Source of the DNA: a virus
Taxonomy: Duplodnaviria > Heunggongvirae > Uroviricota > Caudoviricetes
Strand: one strand, 5' to 3'
IMG/VR virus record: IMGVR_UViG_3300027808_002177
Coordinates: 15,243 to 79,242 of that record
DNA: 64,000 bases
Shown: in pieces, positions 7,345-16,440 of the stretch
Position numbering within the stretch: the first letter of the stretch is position 1
Layout of the letters: each line of letters starts with the position of its first letter
Notes under the pieces: generated by a model
What the model was told of the DNA's origin: nothing
What the model saw: the letters and a program-made list of their open reading frames with translations, nothing else
Databases searched by the model: none
Position numbers and translations under genes: made by a program

Positions 7345-9696
7345 TTACTGCGCCAAGGACTTAACAAAAGTCCAAAATGTGCCGTTGTTGTATCCGGGTG
7401 TTGAATCAAACTTTTCTTTATTACGGTTTGCAATGTTCATTAGCTTATGAAACAAGTTAAATCGTTCGTTGTCTTCGAGTGAGTTGATACGTTGCAGTTC
7501 TTTGATAATTTTGTACATACGAGTGTTGGCATCATATTCTTGATCATAAGACTCATCAATGATGCCGTCAAATGTTTCAAATCCCATGCTTCGTAGAACA
7601 CGTAATGATTCTGCAGGACCTGCAATAATAAAAGGATGTCCGTGTGCAATAGCACGAAATGTTTTTTCGCTGATAAACACATCACCGTGTTCGTATGTAG
7701 TTTCTGCAATAACACTCAGCAATGCCTGTTCATAATGGTTGCTGACTTGTGGTCCATTTTGTGTTACATCATATTCGTCAATGGTCAACTGCTTGTCTAG
7801 TACTGGCAAGATTCTTGCCTTTACATCTGGGTGCAAGTACAGTGAGTTTTCTGCTACTTCTATTGCAGTTTTAATTACACCTGGGTACAGCTCTCCGCTT
7901 GGTACAAAGCTGACCATATTTCCGTCAACAAGATCGTGCAGGATCATTTCGCCTACCAAGTGGCAACGGTGTGCCTTGATAACACGATTATAACTTAAAA
8001 AGTTGGCTGTTTTGTTTTCATACGCATGATTGACTGCAATGTCTCTATCTACCCAATTATTGATTGAAACAAAATTTAACAGATTAATATCGTCTGTCGT
8101 TTTGTTAGCCAATGATAATGCTTGTCCTGTACTTTGTAATTCATTGGCATAGAAGTATTGGTCTTTTGTTAATTCAGGCCAAAATTTAGACAAACGTTCT
8201 TGCCACATAAATGCATGAGCAATCATACCTTCGTGTGGTGTGATAAACACAATCCGATCGTCAGGATTAAATTTACTGATACGAGCCCGCAATGAAACAA
8301 TGTAGTCTTGCGCCACCAAATCTTTGTTAACTGCTTCTACAGGTGCCAATGCAAAATATGTCATTGGTTTGGCCAAGTCAGAACTAAATTTAAACTGCGA
8401 ATACAACTCAACAAAGATGTTGCACTTGTTTACAGGATTTAAAATACGTCCATTGATAGTTGGCAAACTAAATTTGGGATTGCCATAGTGTACTACCTTG
8501 CAACCTGGAAACTCTTTAATTGTGCGCCACGGATCAACAAGAATACTACCGGGGGCAATGTCATAGTAAAATTCATCTGCCTTTACTTCAACTCCGGTCC
8601 CAGCATACGTGATAGCAGGATTGTGTGCCATTAGCACAACTGCTGGACCAGCAGGAACTGTATCATCGCCAGTGAGAGGATCTACGTAATACAACTCTAC
8701 ACCAGCATGTTCAACAAAGTGCCCTACCAACAAACTATAACTGCCAATTGTATAAGGAACATATGGCTTGTATGCTTTACCGTGAATCACAACCGGGAGG
8801 TTGTTTTCTTGTGCAAGTTTTACTAATTTACCTGCCATCGCCTGCGCTTGACTGTCGCGAGCACTCATGATAGCATGGAACATATCATAACCTAAATCCA
8901 ACTTGCCGCTTAACCAGCGTAGAGCAATGTTATCGCGTGGATGGCAAGCACCTGCGTCACCTAAGCCGGCTGTCAAATAGCGTGGCCCAGTAATACGCTG
9001 TGTGGCAGCTTTAAGCGCATCTGTTACCACATCTACGTTGATGTTGCCATTCTTTTCTGCTACGTCCTGAATCATGTTGACAAGACCAATCTTGGCTGAG
9101 ATGAATGTGTTGTAAAAAATCTTAATAGCTTCGGCTTCGTCCCATGTGCCTACGTTAACACGGGGTTCGTTCTGCATTAGCGGCTTGTAAAATTCAATTA
9201 GCTCTTGTGCATCGCCTGTTGTACTACCATCTTCTGTACCAATGATAAGACACTCTGGATTAACCATGTCCCACTTAACAGATCCCATAGCAATAAGATA
9301 TGGGTTGTAAATGAAACGTGCGTTAGTTAGGTAACCAATTAGTTGATCACGTACAGTACCGGGCAACACTGTTGAGATTAAAACAACTAGTTGATCTTGT
9401 GTCACATGCGGATTGATTTGTTGAAAAACTTTGATAACAGGTGTGTAATCAAAGTCACATGGCGTCATGTTGCTGATCGGAGTCTCTCCGCCGTATTGTG
9501 GATTGTGTGGAGTAGGTACTGCAACAAAAATAATGTCAGCACCTTTAACAGCTTCTTCAACGGAACCTTTGATGGCTACAGTCAGTGTTGGGTCTACAGT
9601 GTTGATATCATATCCGCACACATCGTAATGTTCAGCCATTACTTCGGCACATGGTAAGCCTAGCTTACCTAATCCAATCATTGCTACACGTTTCAT
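7345..9696 (-). CDS. UDP-sugar 6-dehydrogenase (UDP-glucose/GDP-mannose dehydrogenase family) fused to a C-terminal glycosyltransferase-like domain
   Basis: N-terminal Rossmann fold MIGLGKLGLP, followed by FVAVPTP and the catalytic-Cys box GDAGACHPRD. The roughly 350-aa C-terminal extension shares a domain with the 11143..12417 product (SEK...G.PFI.AGP..LRVLRSMGFETF..IIDESYD). Confidence 0.75.
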   Translation of the reverse strand: MKRVAMIGLGKLGLPCAEVMAEHYDVCGYDINTVDPTLTVAIKGSVEEAVKGADIIFVAVPTPHNPQYGGETPISNMTPCDFDYTPVIKVFQQINPHVTQDQLVVLISTVLPGTVRDQLIGYLTNARFIYNPYLIAMGSVKWDMVNPECLIIGTEDGSTTGDAQELIEFYKPLMQNEPRVNVGTWDEAEAIKIFYNTFISAKIGLVNMIQDVAEKNGNINVDVVTDALKAATQRITGPRYLTAGLGDAGACHPRDNIALRWLSGKLDLGYDMFHAIMSARDSQAQAMAGKLVKLAQENNLPVVIHGKAYKPYVPYTIGSYSLLVGHFVEHAGVELYYVDPLTGDDTVPAGPAVVLMAHNPAITYAGTGVEVKADEFYYDIAPGSILVDPWRTIKEFPGCKVVHYGNPKFSLPTINGRILNPVNKCNIFVELYSQFKFSSDLAKPMTYFALAPVEAVNKDLVAQDYIVSLRARISKFNPDDRIVFITPHEGMIAHAFMWQERLSKFWPELTKDQYFYANELQSTGQALSLANKTTDDINLLNFVSINNWVDRDIAVNHAYENKTANFLSYNRVIKAHRCHLVGEMILHDLVDGNMVSFVPSGELYPGVIKTAIEVAENSLYLHPDVKARILPVLDKQLTIDEYDVTQNGPQVSNHYEQALLSVIAETTYEHGDVFISEKTFRAIAHGHPFIIAGPAESLRVLRSMGFETFDGIIDESYDQEYDANTRMYKIIKELQRINSLEDNERFNLFHKLMNIANRNKEKFDSTPGYNNGTFWTFVKSLAQ

Positions 9697-11156
9697 GTTT
9701 CTTCTTTGTCTTTATTTGCTGCTTCTCGTGCAGCTTGCGACTCTTCGTATTCTCGCTTGCACTGGTCGTAGAAATATCCAATTTCTGAAAATACTGTTTT
9801 AAAGTCAGTTCCGTTACGACGATCGTGTTCTGTAATATACAAATAAAAGTCACGTCTACTTACCTTATTGGCCGTGCTGTCTTGCCATTCGGCTGAAGCA
9901 ATATTATACACACGTTGTAAATTGTCAACTTCGTGTGGATAAAATCCATCATGGTAATCAACATGTTGATATGTTGCAGTATTGTGTCGCATAAACTGAA
10001 TACAACGATCAAGTAATACCAGCATATAAGGATCTGCCAGTAACGAACTTAGGTAACGTGGATGACGTAGATACGGGAAGTCTAATCCAACCCCACGCAT
10101 GCCCGAATTATTGATACTAACACTTGGGGCTTGCCGCAGTGCCAACATATCACGTAGGAATGATTCAAAGCGTGGAATACTCAACAAGTTAAACGTCACC
10201 ATTACTGTAATGCTCAGCGCAGGATAACGTAGTGTAATGTCCCACAATGTACGATACCATTGTTTGTAATTTAGGCCAGTACGAATGTATTCGGCTTGCT
10301 TGCCCCAGGTGTCACATGAAGTAAAGATCTTTAAACTCTTTACCAAATTGTTTTCTTGGATGTAGTTGGCTTTTTCTAAAAACTCGTTTAGTAGTTTTTC
10401 ATCTACACCCAAATTGCTGTTGATGGCAAGATCGAGTTCGGGATTGGGGTTGGCAATAATCCAGTCTAATACCTTAAAGGTGTCTTTGGCCAGCAGCGGC
10501 TCCCCGCCAGTAATACGGAATACTTTTAGCTTGGGATATAGTGTAGGCCACCATTTCCAAAATGCTTCAATGTAAGGATTATGTTCCCTGTTGGGGATAG
10601 GCATGCGGCCTTGTTGCTCTAACTTAATAATGTCACGATCAACACGCCCACCATCAAGTAACACTGGGCCATAGCGTTTGGCCTCTTGCATGATTGTAGA
10701 ACTAATGTCTGGACTGCAATATGCACAACCAAAGTTGCATACGTTACTAAATGAAACTTCTACATAAGCAGGGGTAACATCTGCGTCCCAGGGCATCTGT
10801 GACGACGACTTTAAAAATGGTTGCCCCCAAACTAAGTCAGCACTTTTGAGAACACGATCGGAAAAGTGATGTCCGGGACTATCTTCAGCTTTCCAGCAGT
10901 AGTCGCATTCACTTGGACGTTCACCTTCCAGCATCTTTTTACGCTGTTCTTTTTTGAACTTGGTATTGTGCAGCGCACTTGGATTTGCAGTAATTTCCTC
11001 TACTGGAATATGATGTGTGGCTGGATGGTGGCACGAATGTGTCTGTCCTGTTGCAAGATGGATTGTAACTTGCTGCCATTTGGCAACGCAATAGCTACTG
11101 CTAACAGTGTCTAATTGTTGCTTTATCTTGTTCAAATGAATTTTAATTGGGTCCAC
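9693..11156 (-). CDS. radical SAM enzyme with His/Cys-rich N-terminal extension
   Basis: CNFGCAYC (CX3CX2C) plus the ITGGEPLL glycine-rich SAM motif. About 140 aa of N-terminal extension is rich in His and Cys (SCHHPATHH, ECDYCW). The start has an ATGA overlap with the upstream gene. Confidence 0.8.
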   Translation of the reverse strand: MDPIKIHLNKIKQQLDTVSSSYCVAKWQQVTIHLATGQTHSCHHPATHHIPVEEITANPSALHNTKFKKEQRKKMLEGERPSECDYCWKAEDSPGHHFSDRVLKSADLVWGQPFLKSSSQMPWDADVTPAYVEVSFSNVCNFGCAYCSPDISSTIMQEAKRYGPVLLDGGRVDRDIIKLEQQGRMPIPNREHNPYIEAFWKWWPTLYPKLKVFRITGGEPLLAKDTFKVLDWIIANPNPELDLAINSNLGVDEKLLNEFLEKANYIQENNLVKSLKIFTSCDTWGKQAEYIRTGLNYKQWYRTLWDITLRYPALSITVMVTFNLLSIPRFESFLRDMLALRQAPSVSINNSGMRGVGLDFPYLRHPRYLSSLLADPYMLVLLDRCIQFMRHNTATYQHVDYHDGFYPHEVDNLQRVYNIASAEWQDSTANKVSRRDFYLYITEHDRRNGTDFKTVFSEIGYFYDQCKREYEESQAAREAANKDKEET

Positions 11157-12417
11157 GTTTACCTTCTAATGTGCGTACTAAGTCACGAGCAACTGTTGCT
11201 TTTATCTTAGCCTGATCAATAACCAATTGTTGATTATATTTAAGTACTATTTGACATTGAGCCACTACTGCACCAAATTCCTCGTCAGTGATACTTATCA
11301 GTCGTTTCAATTCACGAGCTACCAGATTAGCACGAGCAATAGGCTCAAGCTCTTCATCGTATTCTTCGTTAATGTATGGAGCAAATGTACGAAACCCAAG
11401 TCGTCGTAAACCCCGTAAGTAATGTGGCCCACTTAGTACCAAAAATATTTGGCCAGCAGCCATTGGCTTCCAAATCTTCTCTGATGCAAATGCGCTGGTA
11501 GTGAAGCACAGTGTTTCTGTGACAAGATTTACAGGATGTTCGCTGTATAAGTCTGTATTAAAGTCCAGTGCATGATTGGTTTCAAAGTCTGTTCTGTCGG
11601 CTATTAGAGGTAGACGTTTATACAACGTCTGAAATGCATCTTCGTAACGATCTAAGAATCCTATTTGTAAATCTTTCAACTCGTCCCATAATCTACGTAA
11701 GTCCCATTGATCTTTAGCCCATCCTATGTCAGGCTCCACAAAGTCACGCGGCATACTGATTGTACCGTGCTCAATTAAATCTCTGCGTTCAAGTATAGTC
11801 ATCATCATAATACGATGATAGTGGGGCCTACGATTTAAACTCATATAACGCTTACGGGCAGTAGTCTGTGCAGTGGCCCTGAGTTGTCTACTTGCCCACA
11901 CTGCAAAGTATCCATAATATGCAGCAAGCATTGCTGGATGAATTCGATGTCGACTACACCATACTTGGTAGTTATCTTGTATGTTCAAATCGCCTGACAC
12001 ATATATTAATCTATCTTCTAATTTATGTTTGCAACTCCAGGTGTATAAGTCCCCAAACGCTTCTTCTCCAAAGCCTTCCATACTGTAATCAAGTACAATA
12101 CGACAAGTACTATCGCGCCAGGCTCGAAGTCTATTATGATCTGACTTAAACCATTCAGTAATCAGTTCAAGTTTTATCTTGTCCCATCCTCCGTGGAGTC
12201 CAATTACAACAACGCCATTAGAATTGTTTTTATAGTCAGGAAATGTTTTAACTACTACGTCTGACGCAAATTCAGGAAGTATGGTCAAATCAATTGCAGG
12301 CTGAACAGTAAAATGATCTATGTTGTCAGTGTCATTGGTAATAAACTGTTGTAGGTAGCTGTGCAATTCAAACGGATTGTCATTCTTGTGATCGCAGTAC
12401 CAAATCATTTCGCTCAT
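11143..12417 (-). CDS. hypothetical protein with C-terminal glycosyltransferase-like domain shared with 7345..9696
   Basis: The C-terminal roughly 200 aa (NRRPHYHRIMMMTILERRDL ... SEKIWKPMAAGQIFLVLSGPHYLRGLRRLGFRTFAPYINEEYDEE) aligns with the C-terminus of the dehydrogenase fusion. Confidence 0.5.
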   Translation of the reverse strand: MSEMIWYCDHKNDNPFELHSYLQQFITNDTDNIDHFTVQPAIDLTILPEFASDVVVKTFPDYKNNSNGVVVIGLHGGWDKIKLELITEWFKSDHNRLRAWRDSTCRIVLDYSMEGFGEEAFGDLYTWSCKHKLEDRLIYVSGDLNIQDNYQVWCSRHRIHPAMLAAYYGYFAVWASRQLRATAQTTARKRYMSLNRRPHYHRIMMMTILERRDLIEHGTISMPRDFVEPDIGWAKDQWDLRRLWDELKDLQIGFLDRYEDAFQTLYKRLPLIADRTDFETNHALDFNTDLYSEHPVNLVTETLCFTTSAFASEKIWKPMAAGQIFLVLSGPHYLRGLRRLGFRTFAPYINEEYDEELEPIARANLVARELKRLISITDEEFGAVVAQCQIVLKYNQQLVIDQAKIKATVARDLVRTLEGKRGPN

Positions 12418-12457
12418 ACTTTATTTATTATATGCGCTGTTAAAGAATTTGCGGCCA

Positions 12458-12482
12458 AGAAAAACCCCAACGTGCTTGGGTA
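12458..12482 (-). terminator. rho-independent terminator after endolysin gene
   Basis: The minus strand reads CCCAAGCACGTTGGG followed by GTTTTTCTT. Confidence 0.5.
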
Positions 12483-12518
12483 ATTAATCCGCAGAGGTTG
12501 GGGCCGTGTTAATATTAC

Positions 12519-13151
12519 TTAGTCTTCTAATGCGTGAAGTACTTCCAAAATGTGCTCGTAATGTTTTTTACGATCAGCAAGACCAATTGTACCACCGTTG
12601 ATTCGTTTAGTAACTGTGGTGATGTCACCTTTGTCAGCCCACTCGTTTAATCGACGTGTGTTCCAGAACCAACCTGCACTTAATACTGCAACTGGGTTTT
12701 CTGCTACCGAATCTGGATCAGTTAATAAGTCCATCTCTAATGCTTTACCGCATGCAGTATAGTTGTCCTTGCCAGTTAATTGAATAACACCGCGGCCGCG
12801 ATACTTGTAACCATCACCGGAACTTTCGGCTCCGTTGCCCATACGGCCACCATATACCTTATTAGCAATCTTTTCTGGCTTACGTGCATAAGGTACTGCT
12901 GAATCTTCAGTAGGGAAATACTTTTTAAATGTACCGTTCAAACCTTTGGCACTGTAGTTCAAGTTTTCTTGTGTGGCTGCAAAGTTGCCGGACTCGTGTG
13001 CAGTTTGTGCAATAAACATGGCCATGCGTTCTGGCGTGTCAATTTCAAAGTGTTCAAATGTTTCATTTAAACCTTCTACAAACTTTTCCAAGTTGCTGCG
13101 TTTAGCTTCTGGTAAACATTCAACTAAAATATCAATATTCAATTCAATCAT
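12519..13151 (-). CDS. glycoside hydrolase family 19 (chitinase-like) endolysin
   Basis: FIAQTAHESGNF ... YKYRGRGVIQLTGKDNY are the canonical GH19 catalytic motifs. 210 aa with no targeting leader. Confidence 0.85.
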   Translation of the reverse strand: MIELNIDILVECLPEAKRSNLEKFVEGLNETFEHFEIDTPERMAMFIAQTAHESGNFAATQENLNYSAKGLNGTFKKYFPTEDSAVPYARKPEKIANKVYGGRMGNGAESSGDGYKYRGRGVIQLTGKDNYTACGKALEMDLLTDPDSVAENPVAVLSAGWFWNTRRLNEWADKGDITTVTKRINGGTIGLADRKKHYEHILEVLHALED

Positions 13152-13163
13152 ACTAATCTCCTG

Positions 13164-14849
13164 TTATTCGCCTTTTTTGACTGCGCGAGCAATCTCATGT
13201 GCCTTGTTGATTGTGCTTTTCTTTAATGGTGGTTTATCACCTGTACTTTTCATAGCTTGGCTCATGCCGATCGCATATGGATTTTTATCAGCTTCTCGAA
13301 TGCCAACGTTGATTTTAGTTTTACGCTGGAAGTCTCTAAGGATTTCAAGTTCTTTCGGACTTATCTTTCCAGCATGATACATTTTGTTTACTAATGTTTG
13401 AATCTCATTTGGAATGCCTGCTGGATTTCTACCAGCTACAGCAGGACCGCGATTGACAGCAATTGAATCGTCAGGTTGATTAAAGAAGTCACGCATGGAT
13501 GCTAAACTGGCTTCCTCAATATCATCTTCCGACACACCTTGTCCCTTTAAGCCACGAGTTGCTGCATTTAAACTGCTTAAACTTGCACTGCGAGTTGCGT
13601 CGGGATTCATAACCAAGTCGACACTGAATGCTCGACCGTTTTTGTAAAAATGCAATTCGTTGCTGGTTGTTTTTAAATTTTCAGCACCATACTGACGTAA
13701 TAGCTTTAGCGCATCATTCAATGGTAAAGTTTCTGCTACACCCTCGTCTATGTCTTCTTCAGGTTTGCCATACAGGTATGTGATAGTTCCCATTGGGCTA
13801 ATTACACGGTCAACATCATAACCTTCATCGTCAAAACGGGCCAATAGCTTTTTAGCACCAACAACTTCATAACGGTCTGGTGTGTATTCTTGCACTAGGT
13901 CATCACCGTCCATGACTCTCCAGATGTTGTTGCGTTGATAGTAGAATTTATCTCTGCCATCATTGGAGCCTTCAACAACGCCTTGCTCGGGCAATTGGCC
14001 TTTAGGGCCTGGCATGGGTTTTGTTTTAATTCGTTTCTTAATAAGCTCTTGTTTGAATGCGTCGGGTCCATTAGCAGATAGTATATCATCAAAGTCTCGG
14101 GTAGCAACCCGCAACTTCTCCATGTCTTTGTTGGACCATTGTTGATTTTGACCTTGGTCCTCCGCTACACCTTGCTGTAATTCTTCTGCTGGCCAGCTAA
14201 TATAGCTCTTACCATGCTCGTCGCCTGCTTGCACCACAAATACGCCGCCGTTGTCATAGCCTTCATCTTGTCCAATTTCCCAACCTGCAGCCAACAATGT
14301 TTTTTCTGCTTTTGGATCTTCATCACCGTTCCACCACTGTGCTGCCAACTGCTTTAGCATGCGTTCATCGAAGCCATCGTCGCCGCTATCACCGCTGCCT
14401 GCTGGAGCAAATTCTACTAGACCTTGCTGTCTACGCTCTGTCAAACTTTCAGTTACTTTACGAACTTCAACTGCGGCAGCACGAGCCTGCTGTTGTGGTA
14501 CTTTAACGTTGTAAGTTTTACCACGATAATCAAATGTTGGCAAACCTTTAGCAGACGCAGTCAAGTGTGCCATTGCAAACTCTTCAGCATTATCATCACC
14601 GCCCAGCTTATCGCTAAAGAAGTCCCAAATGCCGTCGGCCATTTTCATGCCCAGCGTTGCGCCCTGATGTGCCATTGCAGCCGCCATTGCAATACTACCA
14701 ATGGGACCAAATACTGCTCCGAGAATGTGTCCACCAGCGCCACTGAGTGCGCCCATTGCTGCACCGGCTGCTAATTTAACACCTGCAGGTGCTGCTTCAA
14801 CTTTGATATTGAGTTGTGCGCCCGTGTCGCCTAAATCTGTGAATTTCAT
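13164..14849 (-). CDS. hypothetical large protein (561 aa), Gly/Ala-rich N-terminus, probable virion protein
   Basis: Long ORF. N-terminal GAAMGALSGAGGHILGAVFGPIGSIAMAAAMA is glycine-zipper-like. No enzymatic motif was recognised. Confidence 0.5.
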   Translation of the reverse strand: MKFTDLGDTGAQLNIKVEAAPAGVKLAAGAAMGALSGAGGHILGAVFGPIGSIAMAAAMAHQGATLGMKMADGIWDFFSDKLGGDDNAEEFAMAHLTASAKGLPTFDYRGKTYNVKVPQQQARAAAVEVRKVTESLTERRQQGLVEFAPAGSGDSGDDGFDERMLKQLAAQWWNGDEDPKAEKTLLAAGWEIGQDEGYDNGGVFVVQAGDEHGKSYISWPAEELQQGVAEDQGQNQQWSNKDMEKLRVATRDFDDILSANGPDAFKQELIKKRIKTKPMPGPKGQLPEQGVVEGSNDGRDKFYYQRNNIWRVMDGDDLVQEYTPDRYEVVGAKKLLARFDDEGYDVDRVISPMGTITYLYGKPEEDIDEGVAETLPLNDALKLLRQYGAENLKTTSNELHFYKNGRAFSVDLVMNPDATRSASLSSLNAATRGLKGQGVSEDDIEEASLASMRDFFNQPDDSIAVNRGPAVAGRNPAGIPNEIQTLVNKMYHAGKISPKELEILRDFQRKTKINVGIREADKNPYAIGMSQAMKSTGDKPPLKKSTINKAHEIARAVKKGE

Positions 14850-14878
14850 AAATTATGATTCCTTATTAAATGTATTTA

Positions 14879-16369
14879 TTACTGTGCCAGTAATTTGATT
14901 ACATATTGATCAATCAGTGATCGTCCTCGATTGTATTGTTCAGCAGTAGTCCACAAATTATTATTTTCTTTAAGAAAGTCTTCGTGGGTATAGCCAATTT
15001 GGCGCAACTGCATAATTTTCCAACTACCATGCTTTGCATTATATGGATCAGTCATTGCTGATAGAGTTGTGCTGGCAAATTCACCAGCAGTTAGGTTGGT
15101 CCAAAGATCATTTTTCCAGGAGAATTTGCCTGTAAAAGTGTAGCCATAATCCTTTGCATTGCGTTCAAATTCACTTGCATTTTTGACTCCGCTTGCACTT
15201 AAACCTAATGTGTGCCATGATATATTGTACAAGTCATTGTCATTAAACCAATTTGCAGTGTCTACAATGCTATCCGCAGTATCTCCGGGCAGTCCAACAA
15301 TGAAACTCAAAGTTTGAAATACTTGCTTATTCCAAATATCGTGATATAGTTTAGGGAGGAATTCGCGAGCCCCTTTTCCACTCCAGCCTTTTCCAATGAC
15401 ATTGGACGCATGCTCTCCCAACGTTTCAATCCCATGAAAGCATGAAAACAGTCCTGTTTCTGCCAACATGTACGGCACATCAGGAAACCTATGTAATAAG
15501 TCGGCTCGCAAATAGGAAGTCCAATTGATCTTAAAAGGTAACGATGTGACCATTTTGTGCCATTCCCTCATTTTGTATTCGGTATCGTTAAATGTATCAC
15601 AAATTACATAGTAATTAGTAGTGCCCCACTTTTCATAATTATGTACCATCTCCTGCCGTACTAACTCAAAATCTCTGAGATAGTCAAGTTTACCTCTTCC
15701 CAATAACAAGTGATTACAAAACTTGCATTTAAAAATACAACCTCTACTAATTTCAATTGGTAGTGTTTCATTGGGCATAATAGCATCATGTTCTGTAAAC
15801 TTAAAGGCATCAGTCTCAATGTTAAATCTAACGGTGAGCGGCGCTGCGTATTGTTTGATTATTGTTTTATATGGGCCAGTGGGTGCAACGCCTGCGATAG
15901 TCCAATTTGGTTCTTTACCAATTCCTTTTAAATGATTCAATACGTCAACAAACGTATCTTCCCCATATTGCTGTATAACAGCGTAGGGTCGTTTAACGTA
16001 TTCTACACCAGTTGCTAATGTAACAAGATTGGTTGCGTAGCCACCAAAAATTAATTTAACATTGGGAAACTGCTCGGATATTTCATTTAGCACTGTAATC
16101 AAGTGTGCTGGTAACATTTGTACATTGCGAGGCCGACTTGGATCTTGCATGAATGTAGTGCTAATTCCAATAACTAAAGTTTCATTTGTAACATACTTTA
16201 ACAAGCAAGCGCGAAGCTGTTCTTCGCTTAGAAACATTAGATGATCTATTATTTGAGTATCGTAACCAGCTGTTCTTGCATAGTGTGCAATTTTATATGC
16301 GCCCAATGTTCTATAAGGCGAGATTTTGCCAAAATCTGCTGGGCCGCTGTTTAAAAGTATAACATCCAT
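14879..16369 (-). CDS. class B radical SAM enzyme (B12-binding domain + radical SAM)
   Basis: The N-terminal B12-binding-like domain (VILLNSGP...LGAYKIAHYARTAGYDTQIIDH) precedes SRGCIFKCKFC (CX3CX2C). Confidence 0.8.
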   Translation of the reverse strand: MDVILLNSGPADFGKISPYRTLGAYKIAHYARTAGYDTQIIDHLMFLSEEQLRACLLKYVTNETLVIGISTTFMQDPSRPRNVQMLPAHLITVLNEISEQFPNVKLIFGGYATNLVTLATGVEYVKRPYAVIQQYGEDTFVDVLNHLKGIGKEPNWTIAGVAPTGPYKTIIKQYAAPLTVRFNIETDAFKFTEHDAIMPNETLPIEISRGCIFKCKFCNHLLLGRGKLDYLRDFELVRQEMVHNYEKWGTTNYYVICDTFNDTEYKMREWHKMVTSLPFKINWTSYLRADLLHRFPDVPYMLAETGLFSCFHGIETLGEHASNVIGKGWSGKGAREFLPKLYHDIWNKQVFQTLSFIVGLPGDTADSIVDTANWFNDNDLYNISWHTLGLSASGVKNASEFERNAKDYGYTFTGKFSWKNDLWTNLTAGEFASTTLSAMTDPYNAKHGSWKIMQLRQIGYTHEDFLKENNNLWTTAEQYNRGRSLIDQYVIKLLAQ

Positions 16370-16398
16370 AGATATACTTACCAGTAGTTTAAGTCAAA

Positions 16399-16425
16399 GA
16401 AATTGCCGCAATTTGCGGCAATTTC
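16399..16425 (-). terminator. strong palindromic terminator downstream of the 1493-aa gene
   Basis: GAAATTGCCGCAAtTTGCGGCAATTTC is a perfect 12-bp-arm hairpin. The minus strand then reads UCUUUGACUU. Confidence 0.55.
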
Positions 16426-16440
16426 GTTGCATAATATAGT

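Noticed and set aside
9693-11156. Viperin-like assignment for the radical SAM gene
   Set aside because: The CX3CX2C motif resembles viperin CNYKCGFC, but the protein is about 190 aa longer and has a distinctive His/Cys N-terminal domain and different flanking motifs.
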